The notes under the pieces are model-generated. The model did not search any database and had not been told where the DNA came from. It worked only from the letters and a program-made list of their open reading frames with translations. DNA of 64,000 bases from Botryllus schlosseri (Eukaryota). The stretch covers positions 124,001-188,000 of the forward strand of contig JBPPKV010000017.1 of assembly GCA_051294905.1 (NCBI GenBank), read 5' to 3'. The translations under genes and the position numbers were made by a program. Below, piece by piece: positions 47,871 to 60,526 of this stretch. Every line of letters starts with the position of its first letter. Position 1 is the first letter of the stretch.

Positions 47871-50800
47871 ATGTCGACGATGAGTGAAGAAAGGGAGGAA
47901 TTACCCAATTTGCCGTCAGAGACATCGAGGGGAAGCTCCGTCTCAACTGAGCTGCAGGTGGGATATGTTTCGCTTTTTGTAATGGCGTGTGGACTAATTT
48001 GGTATAATAAGCATCAGCGAACAGATTATTGTTCATTTGCTTGCCAACCGTGTCGTATCAACCAAATTGACTAATGAATGATTAGAATAATCATAAACAC
48101 TGTTGGAGCAGTGGTATACTGGCATCGCACAAGGTTCACTGACACGGTCTGCATAATAGCAGCTATGCAATGTATAGTATGGGTGGATTTCTAATTGGGA
48201 GGTGACGCTGGACTTGTGTATAGGGTTGGAATAGTCGTTTAAATGGATTCTAGTGATGGAATTGGGTTTGATTTACTTCAGAGGTTGGGAAGAGGACATA
48301 TTAAGCCAGGCCAGGTTTGGTTTGGGTTAACCTCTACCCTAACCCCGAAACTAACCTCTGACTCAACATTATAACACTACTCCTGACATAACCGTTACCC
48401 AATGATAACATAACACATGCAAATGAATCCAAAAGCTCGACTTAACCAAACCCACCTCATATTTATATACATAACCCTATACCAGAAAATCGAAAAATCT
48501 CGCAATCATCAAAATATGTGGATGTTGTCATTTGTCACCAATGTATATGATGTCATTTCGGACATAAATATAGCCAATTTCACTCCACTCCTATATCTGT
48601 GGTCTGTCGGACAGACTGTATGTCATGTAGGCCTATATTTACTAAAATATGCGCAATTATCTTAAATATGACTCAGATTGTCGAAATCAGATTAGAATCA
48701 GGATTACTGGAGTTGCCAAGAGAAGAATGTTGCATAACAATTTTTGCTCAATTCCAATGGCTAAAAGCGGAGTTATTGCATTTTATAGTTTTAAATTTGC
48801 AAGTATAGCATTGACGGTGTGAAAACCCAGAATTATGAATGAAAAACTGAAATAACTTTGCTTCTAAGGGTTGGAATTGTGTCAAACTCGTTCTGCACCA
48901 TACAGTTCTCTGGTAGTGTTTTCAAGAAGAGCAGACATTCGAATTGAAATTAGGGCGTAGAAACTTTTCTCAAATAAGATTAGAATTACTTTATCCGCTT
49001 TTGCGTTAATTAGCTTAATTATCTAGTTGTCCAAGTCAGTGTTTGAACTGGTTTCTCTCTCAGTGAAGACCAGATCCTACATTATTGTCATGAAACTTAA
49101 CATTGCAATGATTTCTCGTCTAATTCATTTTACAGGAAGAGTATGACGAGCTCATAAAGTATGCAATTGTGACTCCGAAATGGAACCCAAGTACAGTCGC
49201 TACGGAGTCTACTATCTTGCCGCAACTTCGATTATCTGGTGTTGACCAATAGCCGTTGACCACTATCGGAGAATATTCCAGTGAGTATTGTATTGCGTCC
49301 TTGAAAGAAGTGGGCAGTAACAAAATACTTGTACTTTTTCGGGATGCACAAGAAAGTACTTGACTTGACTTGAGTCAATTTTTCGAATGCTTTCGAGTCA
49401 TTGTGCATGATTTGACACTAGGACGTCCAAGACAGCCATTTCATTGTAACTTCGAAGAATAGTAAGGTCACCACATGATTGGTATTACGTCTATCGGTCC
49501 TGATACTTGGAAAATAGGGCCAGAAACTGTTGAGACTGAAGAAAATTATGATATTATGAACGCGAGCCATTCTATATCACTTAAGCAGAGTTGAAAAAGT
49601 TTGCTGAACCGCATTGAACTGAAACTGATCAGTAAGCATATTGACTTGGGCTCGAGTCAAAACACTATGACTCGAACTTGACCCTCTAGTAGCGAACTTG
49701 GACTCGGACTTGACTCGGAGGTGAATTGGAGGGACTCGACTTGACTCGAGTCAAAACTAGAAAAGCGAGATTGGCTTGTGACTCGCGACCTTGTGACTTA
49801 GTTGCAACCCTGGTTTCTGGAAAAAGCAGGCTACTCGCTCTATATACTTTGGACTCTTTATAATTTGAATTTTAAATAGCATAAAGTACTTTTGGGATAT
49901 GTTTCCATGTTGTGACTGCAAGCGAGATTGTTTTAAATAGCCTCCACCAAATTTCTAAGCAATATTTCGCTGAGTCGATCTGAGACGAGATAGATAAGAT
50001 TAATATCTTGGTCAATTTCACACTATATTCAACGCCCACCCACAAAGCAATGATATTATTTATTGGTGAAGTTACCATGAATGACCAGGATCTTAATTTT
50101 ATAGAATATTTTGCGAGTAGCCACATTCGACCATATGTACTTCTTGAAACTACTTGAGTACATGCCAGGCCCTTCATATCTACTCCCGCTTGAAGTAGTT
50201 TGACATATTTTGCAAATCTCTCCTTGTATTTGTTGTAAAGCAGTAGAAATGTACAGCTTTACTTTCATACTACTTGAGTACCATACCAAACTGTGATTAC
50301 TTGGAGCCTGTCTGGTAATCGACAGTGTTTGTGTGTTATTTTACGATACTATTTTCGTACACAGCTGGCTCAACGGTAACCACTCGTTCGACACACATAG
50401 AGGAAGACAGCGCTGTCGGTAGCGAAGAGCCAGAGACAGCTAGAAGGCAGACGGAGAATTGGCGGCCAGGTAACGATATTCAAACGTGAACTGTTGAGAT
50501 TTCTAGAATTGGATCGATCATGACATTGATTTTTGAAGTTTTTGTGGCTGGCGTCGGTTGTTTTTTATGCAAGTGCCAAAACTCCGACGTGGTGACACTT
50601 CGTTAAATACTGTTCAGTAACACAAAATTAATGTTCCTGTTTTGTGTCTTATAGTAGGATGTGGTGAGAATGGCTTGTTTTTTAGCATTCGATTGCAGTT
50701 CGTTTTGAATGTACGGTACTTGTGATGAATTATAACAATCGAGATGTCAGCCTGAGTGGCATTTCAGTATTACCCTATCTTTGCACGGTAGGCATACTTT

Positions 50801-52962
50801 ATATATATAATGCATAGTTCAGGTTGAGGGTATTCATGTTTGAACGACCGGTGGCAAAGGAAAGCCCCCAACCTCTTTTTTCTCTGCCCCGTTGCTGAAT
50901 ATTCACTCAATTAACACTCGCCAATTCAAAATGAGGCAACCTACGCATTAGGGGTGTTCAAAAATGACTTCTTTTCTCAAATTGTACTGGCTACTTGATA
51001 AAATTGTTAGGTTACCTAATTTAGGCCTACACACCAAATGTGGTTCAATTCCAGCCAGTAGCCGCATTGCTACAGGAGAAGAAAGCTCCTATTTATTATA
51101 TCAAAATGAATTGACAACAATTTCAAAATTTTCTGTTCACCCCATGAAAGGCTTGGGTTGTCTATAGAAACGATGTTCACCAAATTTGGTTCAATTCCAA
51201 CCAGCGGAAGCGAAGTTATTGCCGTCGAAATATTTGGATTTGAATAAAATAGCATTTCCGGTATCTGAAGAGTTGGTCACCGTAAATACTATTTTATTGA
51301 TAATCCAAATTTTTCGACGGCAATAACTCCGCTTCCACTGGTTGGAATTAAACAAATTTGGTGAACATCATTTCTATAGACAACCTAACCCTTTCATGGG
51401 GTGAACAGAAAATTTTGAAGTTTTTGTTTATTTATTTTTATCCAATAAATAGAAACTTTCTTCTCCTGTAGCGATGCGGCTACTGGCTGGAATTGAACCA
51501 AATTTGGTGTGTAGGCCTAAATTAGGTAACCTAACAATTTCATCAAGTAGCCAGTACAATTTGGGGAAAAAAGTCATTTTCGAACACCCCTACTATGCAT
51601 ACTCAACGATGCTCCACAATTCATTCTGTCTTTTAATTGGGTCTGATTTTTGTCTGCTTAATTCAGAAGAGCACACACCCAGACCGATGCCATCTCCAGG
51701 CCGGACCCTGTACCGCGGCCCCATGCTTTCACCCTCACCCACCTCAGCGTCGGACCGATCCGACCCCATTTCAAGACAGCCGGTCGCTATCTCGACATAC
51801 TTGAAGGACCCAAAGATGGGTAAAGAAGGGTCATATAGACACAAGGACCCACATATGGTGCGCATGAACGAGCGTTTGGATCAGTGGCACGGAAAATTGA
51901 AGACTATGGTTTTGGTGAGTTTTAGTGAGTCTCTGATTGCAATGACTTATTCACGAGTCCATGAATTAATGATGTTCTCTGGCCTGCGTGAGAATATGGT
52001 GATGGCCTGCTGTTGAATAATATATTCGTATTGAAGTAAACCTGAGCAATTTTGGCTGAGATCATCGGGGGTAATTGTCAGCAACTGGTAAAGAACATTG
52101 TTGATCAGTGATTTCCAACCGCGGCTCCAATTGACCTCTGAATATGCCACAAAAACATGATAGACGACAGTTGTTGTTTGTTTCTATAAACAGATATAGT
52201 CAATTTCAGTATATAAATGCTAAAATGAGGAATATTAGTATGTCTTGAGGCCGCTGTGGATGAATTCCCGGCAGACAAGGTCACAAGGATATATCTCAAG
52301 TTCTGCGGGTTATAGGCCTTTGTATATCGTCTCTGTGAAGAGTAAATTACAACACAATTTTGCTAACATGAAAATAATGAAAAAAAATTTGCAATGAGTC
52401 TACTATTACTCAGCGTATAATCTCCCGCAAACTTGTGCAACAATTGCTGGAATGTATGAAGAGCTATCACATACCGACATAATAATATGTTGTAGTAATG
52501 ATGATATGCATTTACACTTTATTTCAATGTATAGCACTCGCCAATCTGCGTCTATCAATGCTAAAATACCTTAAATTTTTGTAGCCTACTCGAGTGTTTC
52601 CATGCGGCTCCATACGTACTCTGAAGTTTTGAATGCGGCTCCGAGATCCAAAAAGGCAGGGTACCGCTGGCATATGGTATACAATTGAATAGTAAACAGG
52701 ACTAAATATTGAAATAAACCGGTATATGAACCTGAATTTTTTTATTGAAGTTCTGTTCCTCCAGGAAGCTCTTCAAATGATAATATGAATATACATCGAG
52801 GGTTGATGTTATTTTTTCTGACCGTGAAAAAGTTTGTAAACTCTCGTACTATATTTTCCGCAGGCCGAGCTGAGTCAGACTCAAATTTCTATCGACGAGG
52901 AGCACCGCAGAAACGTGAACGAGATGGAACAGAGCCACAAATCCGACGTGGACAAGCTACAG
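47871..52962 (+). pseudogene. POC5: POC5 centriolar protein, 5' four coding exons only
   Basis: Exons 47871-47957 (MSTMSEEREELPNLPSETSRGSSVSTELQ), 49136-49238 (EEYDELIKYAIVTPK; weak GTGTTG donor), 51667-51914 (MNERLDQWHGKLKTMVL), 52864-52962 (AELSQ...HRRNVNEMEQSHK). They join in frame and match my recall of human POC5 ([47 protein letters not shown]). No downstream POC5 exon found. Confidence 0.8.
50949..51592. mobile_element. Fully palindromic 644-bp hAT-type MITE in a POC5 intron
   Basis: Arms of ~310 bp around a short centre. Termini taggggtgttc/gaacacccta. 8-bp TSD ctacgcat / ctatgcat (one transition). Confidence 0.9.
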
Positions 52963-53598
52963 GTGACCTCTTTTACCAGAAAATACGTGGTGATATTCTC
53001 GCCAATCTTTCATCCATGCCCCAAAACGATTTTACGGTCTGGCGTACATCTTAATTCACAACGAGATGTGCTTCCTATGACTGTCATGAATCATTGAATC
53101 AATGTTCCCCATGAAGATGTCATAATTTATGTTGTTTCACGTGATCTCCGCTAAACTAGATATACTGACGTCAGAGATACAATAGTTTAGAATTAGTTTA
53201 GCGAATCTTAGAAGCACCCTGTAGCTTAGATCCCAAACTTAAATCGGAACCCGCTGCCCTAGCCTATTCTGGTAAGCTTTTAGATTATTTCGGATTATAA
53301 TTAGAATAACCGAATTCCAAAAATCTTGTAATTTTATCTAAATTACAAAATAGAAAGAATTACAACAAAAAGTAAATTGAGTTTATGAAATCGGATTGAT
53401 TGCATTATCATAAGCACGAGAACGGCAAGTGTTCGTACACCAAGGTTGTCTCGTACAATGACAGTTCTTCGTGGCATTTTCAGGAAGACCAGAAATTAGA
53501 TTGGAACTAAAATTGAAGTATACAAACATTTCACAAATCAGTTAAGAATCAGACTAGGCTACTATCATATAGCTCTAATTTGTCTGATTAAACAGTTA

Positions 53599-53870
53599 CC
53601 GTAATTTTCCGAATATAGTGCGCCCCCATGTATAATACGCACCCTTAAAATGACGTGTATATTCTGGGAAAAAGCCTGTACCCGTGTATAGTACACACCC
53701 TGCATTCGCAGTCCATGAGTACATGAATAGTTGTGTTTTAGTACGCGATGTTGTTCTGTTTTGCGATGTCACTGTCGAACAATCATGACATAATGATCGC
53801 TAATCATAATACAATTAACGGCATTGTCTCTAAACTAGATAGATAGTCGCCAAAACCTGTGAGGTCGGCG
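53599..53870 (+). mobile_element. 5' half of the pogo-type MITE family seen at 4149
   Basis: ta|ccgtaattttcc terminus and internal identity to 4170-4370. Truncated where a different repeat starts at ~53880. Confidence 0.7.
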
Positions 53871-55005
53871 ACGTGATAGCTTAGGCTAGCGACACACGAC
53901 ATCTTGCGCACGTGGCCCATTACAATTACAGATGTCCGATTGCTGAGACGAACGGTTATGTCGCGCGCACCAGTCCTGTTGGAGATGCGACTGATTACGC
54001 AAGCGATTATATCTCGCGCACATGGCGGCTGTGTATGCGATTGTTAAGGCCTGTCGTTGACGCGATGAATCAACAAGGATCGCCCACACGCTTGTAGTAA
54101 TTAGCGACCTAATTTCGCTCGCGTGCAAATGGCAGACCAACTCAGTAAGAGATCGCGTGCTTTGCAGACGACTCTCGTGAATTAGAAACTCGTTTTTCGT
54201 TAATTGGCAACACGCTTCTCCATTTGGCAGCGCGTTTCACTCTATATGCTAGTATTGGTTACCCAACATTTCCGCATGGTGACGCGATGAAAAACGACAG
54301 TTGAACATGCAACTGGAGCATATGACTTTATAACCCCCAAATTACCCCCAGATCAAGCCTTGTTCTTAACCAAAACTTAACTTTTACCCGCATGCTCAAA
54401 TGTAGCATTCCGAAGTGTCACGTGCGCATAATAATGTCCACGAACCACTAGTACCGCAGCACCTTGCTCCGAATGTGGTATGAATGTGTTTTCCAAATCA
54501 GAAGTTCTTTCTGGCTGACACTAGGACTGATTGTCAACTGGCTGTTCTTTTCGGCAAAATCAAGATTAGATGGTGATGGTGACCTCGCTGTGAACTTATA
54601 ATGCAAACGAAGGCGCGACAGCCTAGAATGAACATCTGAACGAGCGTAGAGCTATTTGAAAATTTTGGGTTGGCATAAATTCTTTACTCATGACTGTAAT
54701 GTCACAATCGGAAAACGCTTCTGTCCTGACTTTGCTATGCAACTGGGTGTAAGCATTTCATTCGAAAATGCCTATCACATCAGTGCTACGGTGTGAGTTC
54801 TGTGAAAAGGATGAATTTGCAATTATTCTCGATTTATAATAAGCGTTGACTTGCGCAAACCACGAATGGTTTTCTGAATTCGAATACGTATCAGGCAAGG
54901 CTCGCCCTGTTTTAGCGAAAAACCTGTTCTTGAATTTTTTCATGCCTCGCACCTGATTTTTATGGCTTCCGTACGTTGTCATTTTCACCTTCTACTGCTT
55001 TTCAG

Positions 55006-57867
55006 GGATGGATGGTCCGTTCTGGTCCACGGCTCGGAAGGCTTCGACTCTACCCTCACTGTGACGTCGCTGGCTCAAGTCATTCTCGATCCGGAGTGCA
55101 GAACGATTCGGTGATTTCTAACGCTGATCGACCAGGAATGGCTGCGGGCCGGTCATCCCTTTGGCGAGAGAATGTCGCGCGGCCCGTACAGGTGAGGGCC
55201 AAGCTTAAGAGGCAGAGATGAGCATTGATTTGGATTTGAAATGACAAAATTTTAAGATTTTGGCTGGATTAGGGTTTGAATTTGGACGTAAGAACTCCAT
55301 TAATTTACTAGTTTTGTGATACTTTTGAAAAAAAAATCTGTCATTAGGGGGATACGAACTTCGACATGACGATAGTGAGTGAATTCTGGATTTAGATTTA
55401 TGCATGTATTTGAATGTCAAATCTGGACCGCTGTCTCGTCGGTGGAATTCGGGACTATGCCACAAATTCTACTCAATTACGAGTACATAACGATGGTTTT
55501 CAAGATAAGACGAAAGTGCCAGAAGTAGAAAACGAAGTGTGTGACAATTACTGGGCGGTTTAGGGAAGTGAATGGGGCAAGGGCTCACATACCTTTGTTG
55601 GTGAATGGTGATCGCTTTGACAATCATAAGATGCGTCTTTGCGACTAACGAAGGTTGACTAATTTATGATGCTAACTTCTACTTTAGCTCAATGGCTACT
55701 TTGACCAAGTTTGCATGCCGCTACATGGCACAGTTGTTACGATAATTTCACTTTTAAATGCAAATCTATCAGAACTGACATGCTACTAGGCGAAAACGGA
55801 AGTAGTCTATAAATGCAACCTACTCAAATAAATAAGTTTAAAAAACTAAAGGTACTCTACCATCAACTACTGGCTGAGTGCGTTTTTTTGGCAGCAATAA
55901 CAAGCAGCGGAGCGAGGGACCGATTTTTCCGATATTTCTGGAATGCGTGTTTCAAGTGCTACAGCAGTTTCCGTTGTCGTTTGAGTTTACGTCGATGCTG
56001 CTCGTGGATCTGCGCCACCACTGCTATTCGTCGCAGTTCGGGACGTTTCTCTTCAACAGCGTGCAGGAAAGGTGCGTCGCTCGGTTTTGTTTTGGTGCGC
56101 GTTTGCTTTGTGGATTGTGTTGACTCAAGTCCGGAGTAGAGCCCTACCGATATATCAATATTTATTAACCCGTCCAATGTTTTGAGTGAGTGGACACCTT
56201 CTGATATCAGATTTTTGTACCGATATACCTGTATAACAGATATTTGCTGACAAACTGATATTTTCCACCGCAAAATGTGCCATATTTCAAACTTGAAATA
56301 CTTGTACTTGTTGGACTTGTAATTTGTTACACTAGTGTCGATTCGCCAAAAAGAAAGCATTCAGGATAGCATTTCCTGCATTTTCACCACTGAGTGAAGT
56401 TATACCGTCATCATAAATTGGTTCTACCGAACTTGGAAACATAACTTAACACTCGTACCCTAAACTCGTTACCTTCAACTTCACATAAAACTCCTCATAC
56501 ATATCTCCAGCATGAGTACTTTCTATTAAAGGTAGAAGTAGTTTAGGAATTTAAAAGCCTAACAATTCAGTTTTTGCATCCTGTCGCTAGTAACCTACTA
56601 TAAAAGTCGCAAATTCTTTGTAGGTTGCGAGCGAAGCTACAGAGCAAGACGGTCTCGCTATGGAGCTTTATTCTTTCGCCATCCGAATTCGGCAAATATG
56701 TGAATCCGCTATATAGGAAAAATAATAGCGTTATATGGCCGTCTGTAGCACCGCAGAGTTTGGAATTTTGGGAAGGTAAGTGTGCTGAAGTCGTGCAAGT
56801 CGGTTTTACAATACTTCCCACGTCAATTTTCTAGCAATAATACATCTTGTCTCGATATGATAACGTAGCATATGCCAATGCTACAATCGTAAGTGAGGCG
56901 TGCAACTGGTTGAGCAGTTGCAAATACCAATGTATGTTTGAGTGATATCCCGAAATGGACTTTTGGATAATTTGCACCTTCACAAAATAAGATTTTTTTA
57001 TCCAAGCCGCGATATGGTCGGTAAATTTCTGTGTCCAGGAACTGGTAGATGTAGAGACGAGGGAAAATGTTTGATTTAATAAATAATAATACATAACTCC
57101 CACTATGAGCATGCGTATCTAAGTCATGTCAGTGCCGAGGTTTTGCCAATTGCAACGTCATTGAAATTTTTGTGTACTTACACAACGAATATGCATTCTA
57201 GTTGCTTCGTATATAAAATATTACCGCCGTATAAATTCTTTATCGCTTGAAACTGGAAGTGTAATCGTCTTCGACATCACTTTGTCACAATTGGGCAAAC
57301 GAATGAAAGACTATTTATACTTGGGACTGTGCGGTTCCCTATGCATTGAAAAAGAGTATCATGTCAATATACTGACAGGAAGTATTGTTTTGTTTTCGGA
57401 AGGAATTGCTGTATCTCCTACCTTATCACAATTTCTAATTGTAGTTCTTGTTTGAATTCTGTTCTTTTCGGTGCAATCCATCATCATCATCTTATGACTG
57501 TGTAATCTCAGAGTACTACATCCCCGATCTGAATCCGCCGAACCCAACTCTGGACAGGGTGCGAACGCTCCAGAATCACAGAATGGAACTTGAACTTTTA
57601 CGAGCGCAAGTGTCTCAAACAGCCGACACGAGCGGTGACAACGGGCTCGGGAACATCCAGACCTTGGTAGATGTGAACCAAGCTAAATCGGAGGAAGAAT
57701 CCGGCATAACACCACGGCGTCCGAGTCCGTCGCTTGTACTAAGGAGGCGCCTTCATCTACTTCAGAGACACCGATGGCAACGCCTGACACAGAATCCCAG
57801 AGCTGTTTCTACGTCCCGATTGCCGGCGACACCTCATATAACAAGTAGTCGGACAGTTTCTCTGTAA
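55006..57867 (+). pseudogene. MTMR9: MTMR9 myotubularin pseudophosphatase, 3' four exons only, with an in-frame TGA
   Basis: Exons 55006-55191 (VLVHGSEGFDSTLTVTSLAQVILDPECRTIR*FLTLIDQEWLRAGHPF), 55895-56071 (PIFPIFLECVFQVLQQFPLSFEF...SSQFGTFLFNSVQER), 56624-56775 (KTVSLWSF...NNSVIWPSVAPQSLEFWE), 57512-57867. The HG.EG site lacking the catalytic Cys fits MTMR9. No PH-GRAM or upstream phosphatase exons found. Confidence 0.88.
56137..56330 (+). mobile_element. Degenerate relative of the tagagcccgaccgata hAT family
   Basis: Terminus tagagccctaccgatat and internal ccgata/gatat motifs. Confidence 0.5.
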
Positions 57868-59003
57868 ATTCCCAACCTGATTTGTTGGAGAATCTTTTGT
57901 CTTTTGTAAATAACGGAGATCACGGTAGCGGCTCGACCGCAGACGCCCAAAATCTACCCGATTTGGACGATCTCGCTATAGACAGCCCTGAATCGGGCAG
58001 CCCCGAAGCTGTGTCGCCAACGCCAAGTTTAGCGAGTAATTTAGTGGTAATATTTATGCTGTGTCGAGAAATTTTAATGCATTCTATATTGTGATTTCCT
58101 ATCTACCAATAACTATGTGCACTTTACTGGCGGTGGCGATGGAAATCTTGTGGACAATGTGGTATACACAATGGATATTCTGGTTATGTCGAATCTTGGA
58201 AGTCTTGTTCCGGGTTGTTCCCCAAGTGCTTGAAAATATTGCCTGGGAATGAACCGCCTGTAAAATTTTTGCTGAATCTTTTGGACTGTAAGAATTGCGT
58301 TCCTGCGATGCCTGGTCTGAATGTCGTATGTGCAATAGAAAATTCTAAAAGTAGCTGTATCGTTTGTGTTGCTGCAGTGCATATAGATATCCTTATCAGA
58401 GCATTGCGAGTGTTTGGATCGGATATGACCAGGGAAACGATTATGTCTGTCCTGTCCAGGCTTTTGTGTGATATACTGTCGTCAAGGACTTAAGGGCGTA
58501 CCGCGTAGGCAGTGGTCGGAAATGATTTCCTCACGAAGTCTTGTGAAGTCAGCGAACCGGCGATCATTGCTCTGTACACGTGTACAGTCAATCACGTTTT
58601 GTGACAGAACCGGCTTTCACTATTGGGCGCAGGGATATGCATACTAATGCCTCGGATCATTGAACTACCAAGCGTGTAGGCTACTTAGCCGAGTTCTGAT
58701 ACGTAATGCGTCATCGTTAGTGCCCATTCACACACCTGTTAACTATTCCAAAAACCGGGAGTGGCAGTAGGTTGCATTGCAATACACGAATGCAAGGATT
58801 TATTGCATTGTTGGAATATGTTAGTGAATTAGCATCTTGAGTGCTATGAGTTGGAAGAAAGGACGTTATCGCGGATCCTGTATAATGTATAGCCTACAGA
58901 AGTGCAGGAAAGTTATGAAATACGAATAAGTGGAAGCTGAAAAAGTTGAGACGCCCAGTGATAGGAATGCGGAATGTAATAATTTTATAGGTATTATGGT
59001 ACT

Positions 59004-60205
59004 TAGAGCCCGACCGATATTGGATTTTTGAGCCGATACCGATAAAACCGATATCCAGCACCTTCACCGATAACCCCGATATATTCAGCCGATATTCAAA
59101 AGATATGGCATCTAGCTCAAGGCACATATTTAACACCTCAAGAGTATTTCTTTGAACAGATTTACAGCCATTGCCATGCTTGAACATGAAAGGAATGATC
59201 TATAATAAATATATTAATAGCACCAGTCTAGCAGTTGCAGATTACAGTTCACAAAGCATAATTTCTCGCCCCTCTCTCCAGGGAGTGAACTTCTGTGGTC
59301 TTCATAAATGATGCATGTAGTACTAAACACATTGAGTGGGCTTTCACTTGGTACCATAGTTAGTGGCAGAGCAAGAATTGGAAATCTTTCTTTATTCCGG
59401 TTCCACCACTCCGCTGCAGGGGATCTTTCCTTCAATGGTTCCACCAAATATTGATATTCTTCTGGCAGTGCACCTGGAGCTTTCAGCACATCTTTAACAA
59501 ATAGTTGAAGAGAACATTGTTCACGTCCGCTACTGCTCCACCCATTCCCTTGGGCCTTGACCATGACCAGCATTTCAGCAATCAATTGATCAATATTTGA
59601 CGCTCTTTTAACAGCATCGGCCCATGTCATCATGGAATCAAATATTTTCGTATGAATTGTTGGCTCTGCTCCACTTTTGCTTGATTTTCTTGCACTCTAC
59701 TAGTCTCGCATATTCCCCATCATGGTGGCCGCTCAGGCCTCAGTCAGATGACTTCATATATTACTGGTATTTTTTGCTTTGTTGCCTTGGCTTGTGAGCT
59801 TCTTACACAGACACCACCAGCACTATTTACAGAAAATTGTTTCGACGCTACACTTCTCTCCATCATCAGAGGGTCAGTCCAGCATTAAATCCATCCAGCT
59901 GCTTTCTGTCTTCGGTATTCTATCATTGCAGGGGGATTCCCACGAAGTCACTGGGGCATAACGGTGAAAGTATATTTCTCACATAGGGCTACTGGCATGC
60001 ATGCACTATGCCGCTTGGCCATTTATTTTTATAATTTACCGACATGCAGTGAAGACCTCACATCTTCTCTGGCTCCCTACCACCTTGTTGTGACGTCACG
60101 AAAATGGCCGATATTTTTTTACCTCCAATGGCCGATACCGATATTTCTTTCCAAGTGTGATATCGACTCGATATTATCGGCGAGCCGATAATCGGTCGGG
60201 CTCTA
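59004..60205 (-). mobile_element. Second copy of the 1.2 kb hAT element
   Basis: Same TIRs and hATC ORF (59214-59633). Six substitutions seen versus 37901-39102. Confidence 0.9.
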
Positions 60206-60482
60206 GTAATGAGTATGTTACCTATCCGCTAGTAGTGCTGTCGGTCACAACATCGCTAGTTCTCAAAGCGGAGTCTCCATGCCAGCTACGTTGTAAATTG
60301 CTATGATTCTATCTTTCAAATAAGATTTTACCCATTCTAATGCCACGCTATAGTGTTGTCTTAGCGGCCTGTATTAAATTACTTGCGGACCACAACTTTG
60401 CCGACAACTGAGATGGAGGATGGTAATGATGATTTTGATTAGCAATCTTGTTCATCTCTATCTCTCAAGCTCTCTCTCTCTT

Positions 60483-60526
<44 letters not shown>

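Noticed and set aside
55112-55114. Selenocysteine or programmed read-through at the MTMR9 TGA
   Set aside because: The homologous residue is Gly rather than Cys, no SECIS was recognised, and the gene is already truncated.
58099-58493. Possible Penelope GIY-YIG remnant on the minus strand
   Set aside because: Only a vague CVYHI...IG resemblance, too weak to call.
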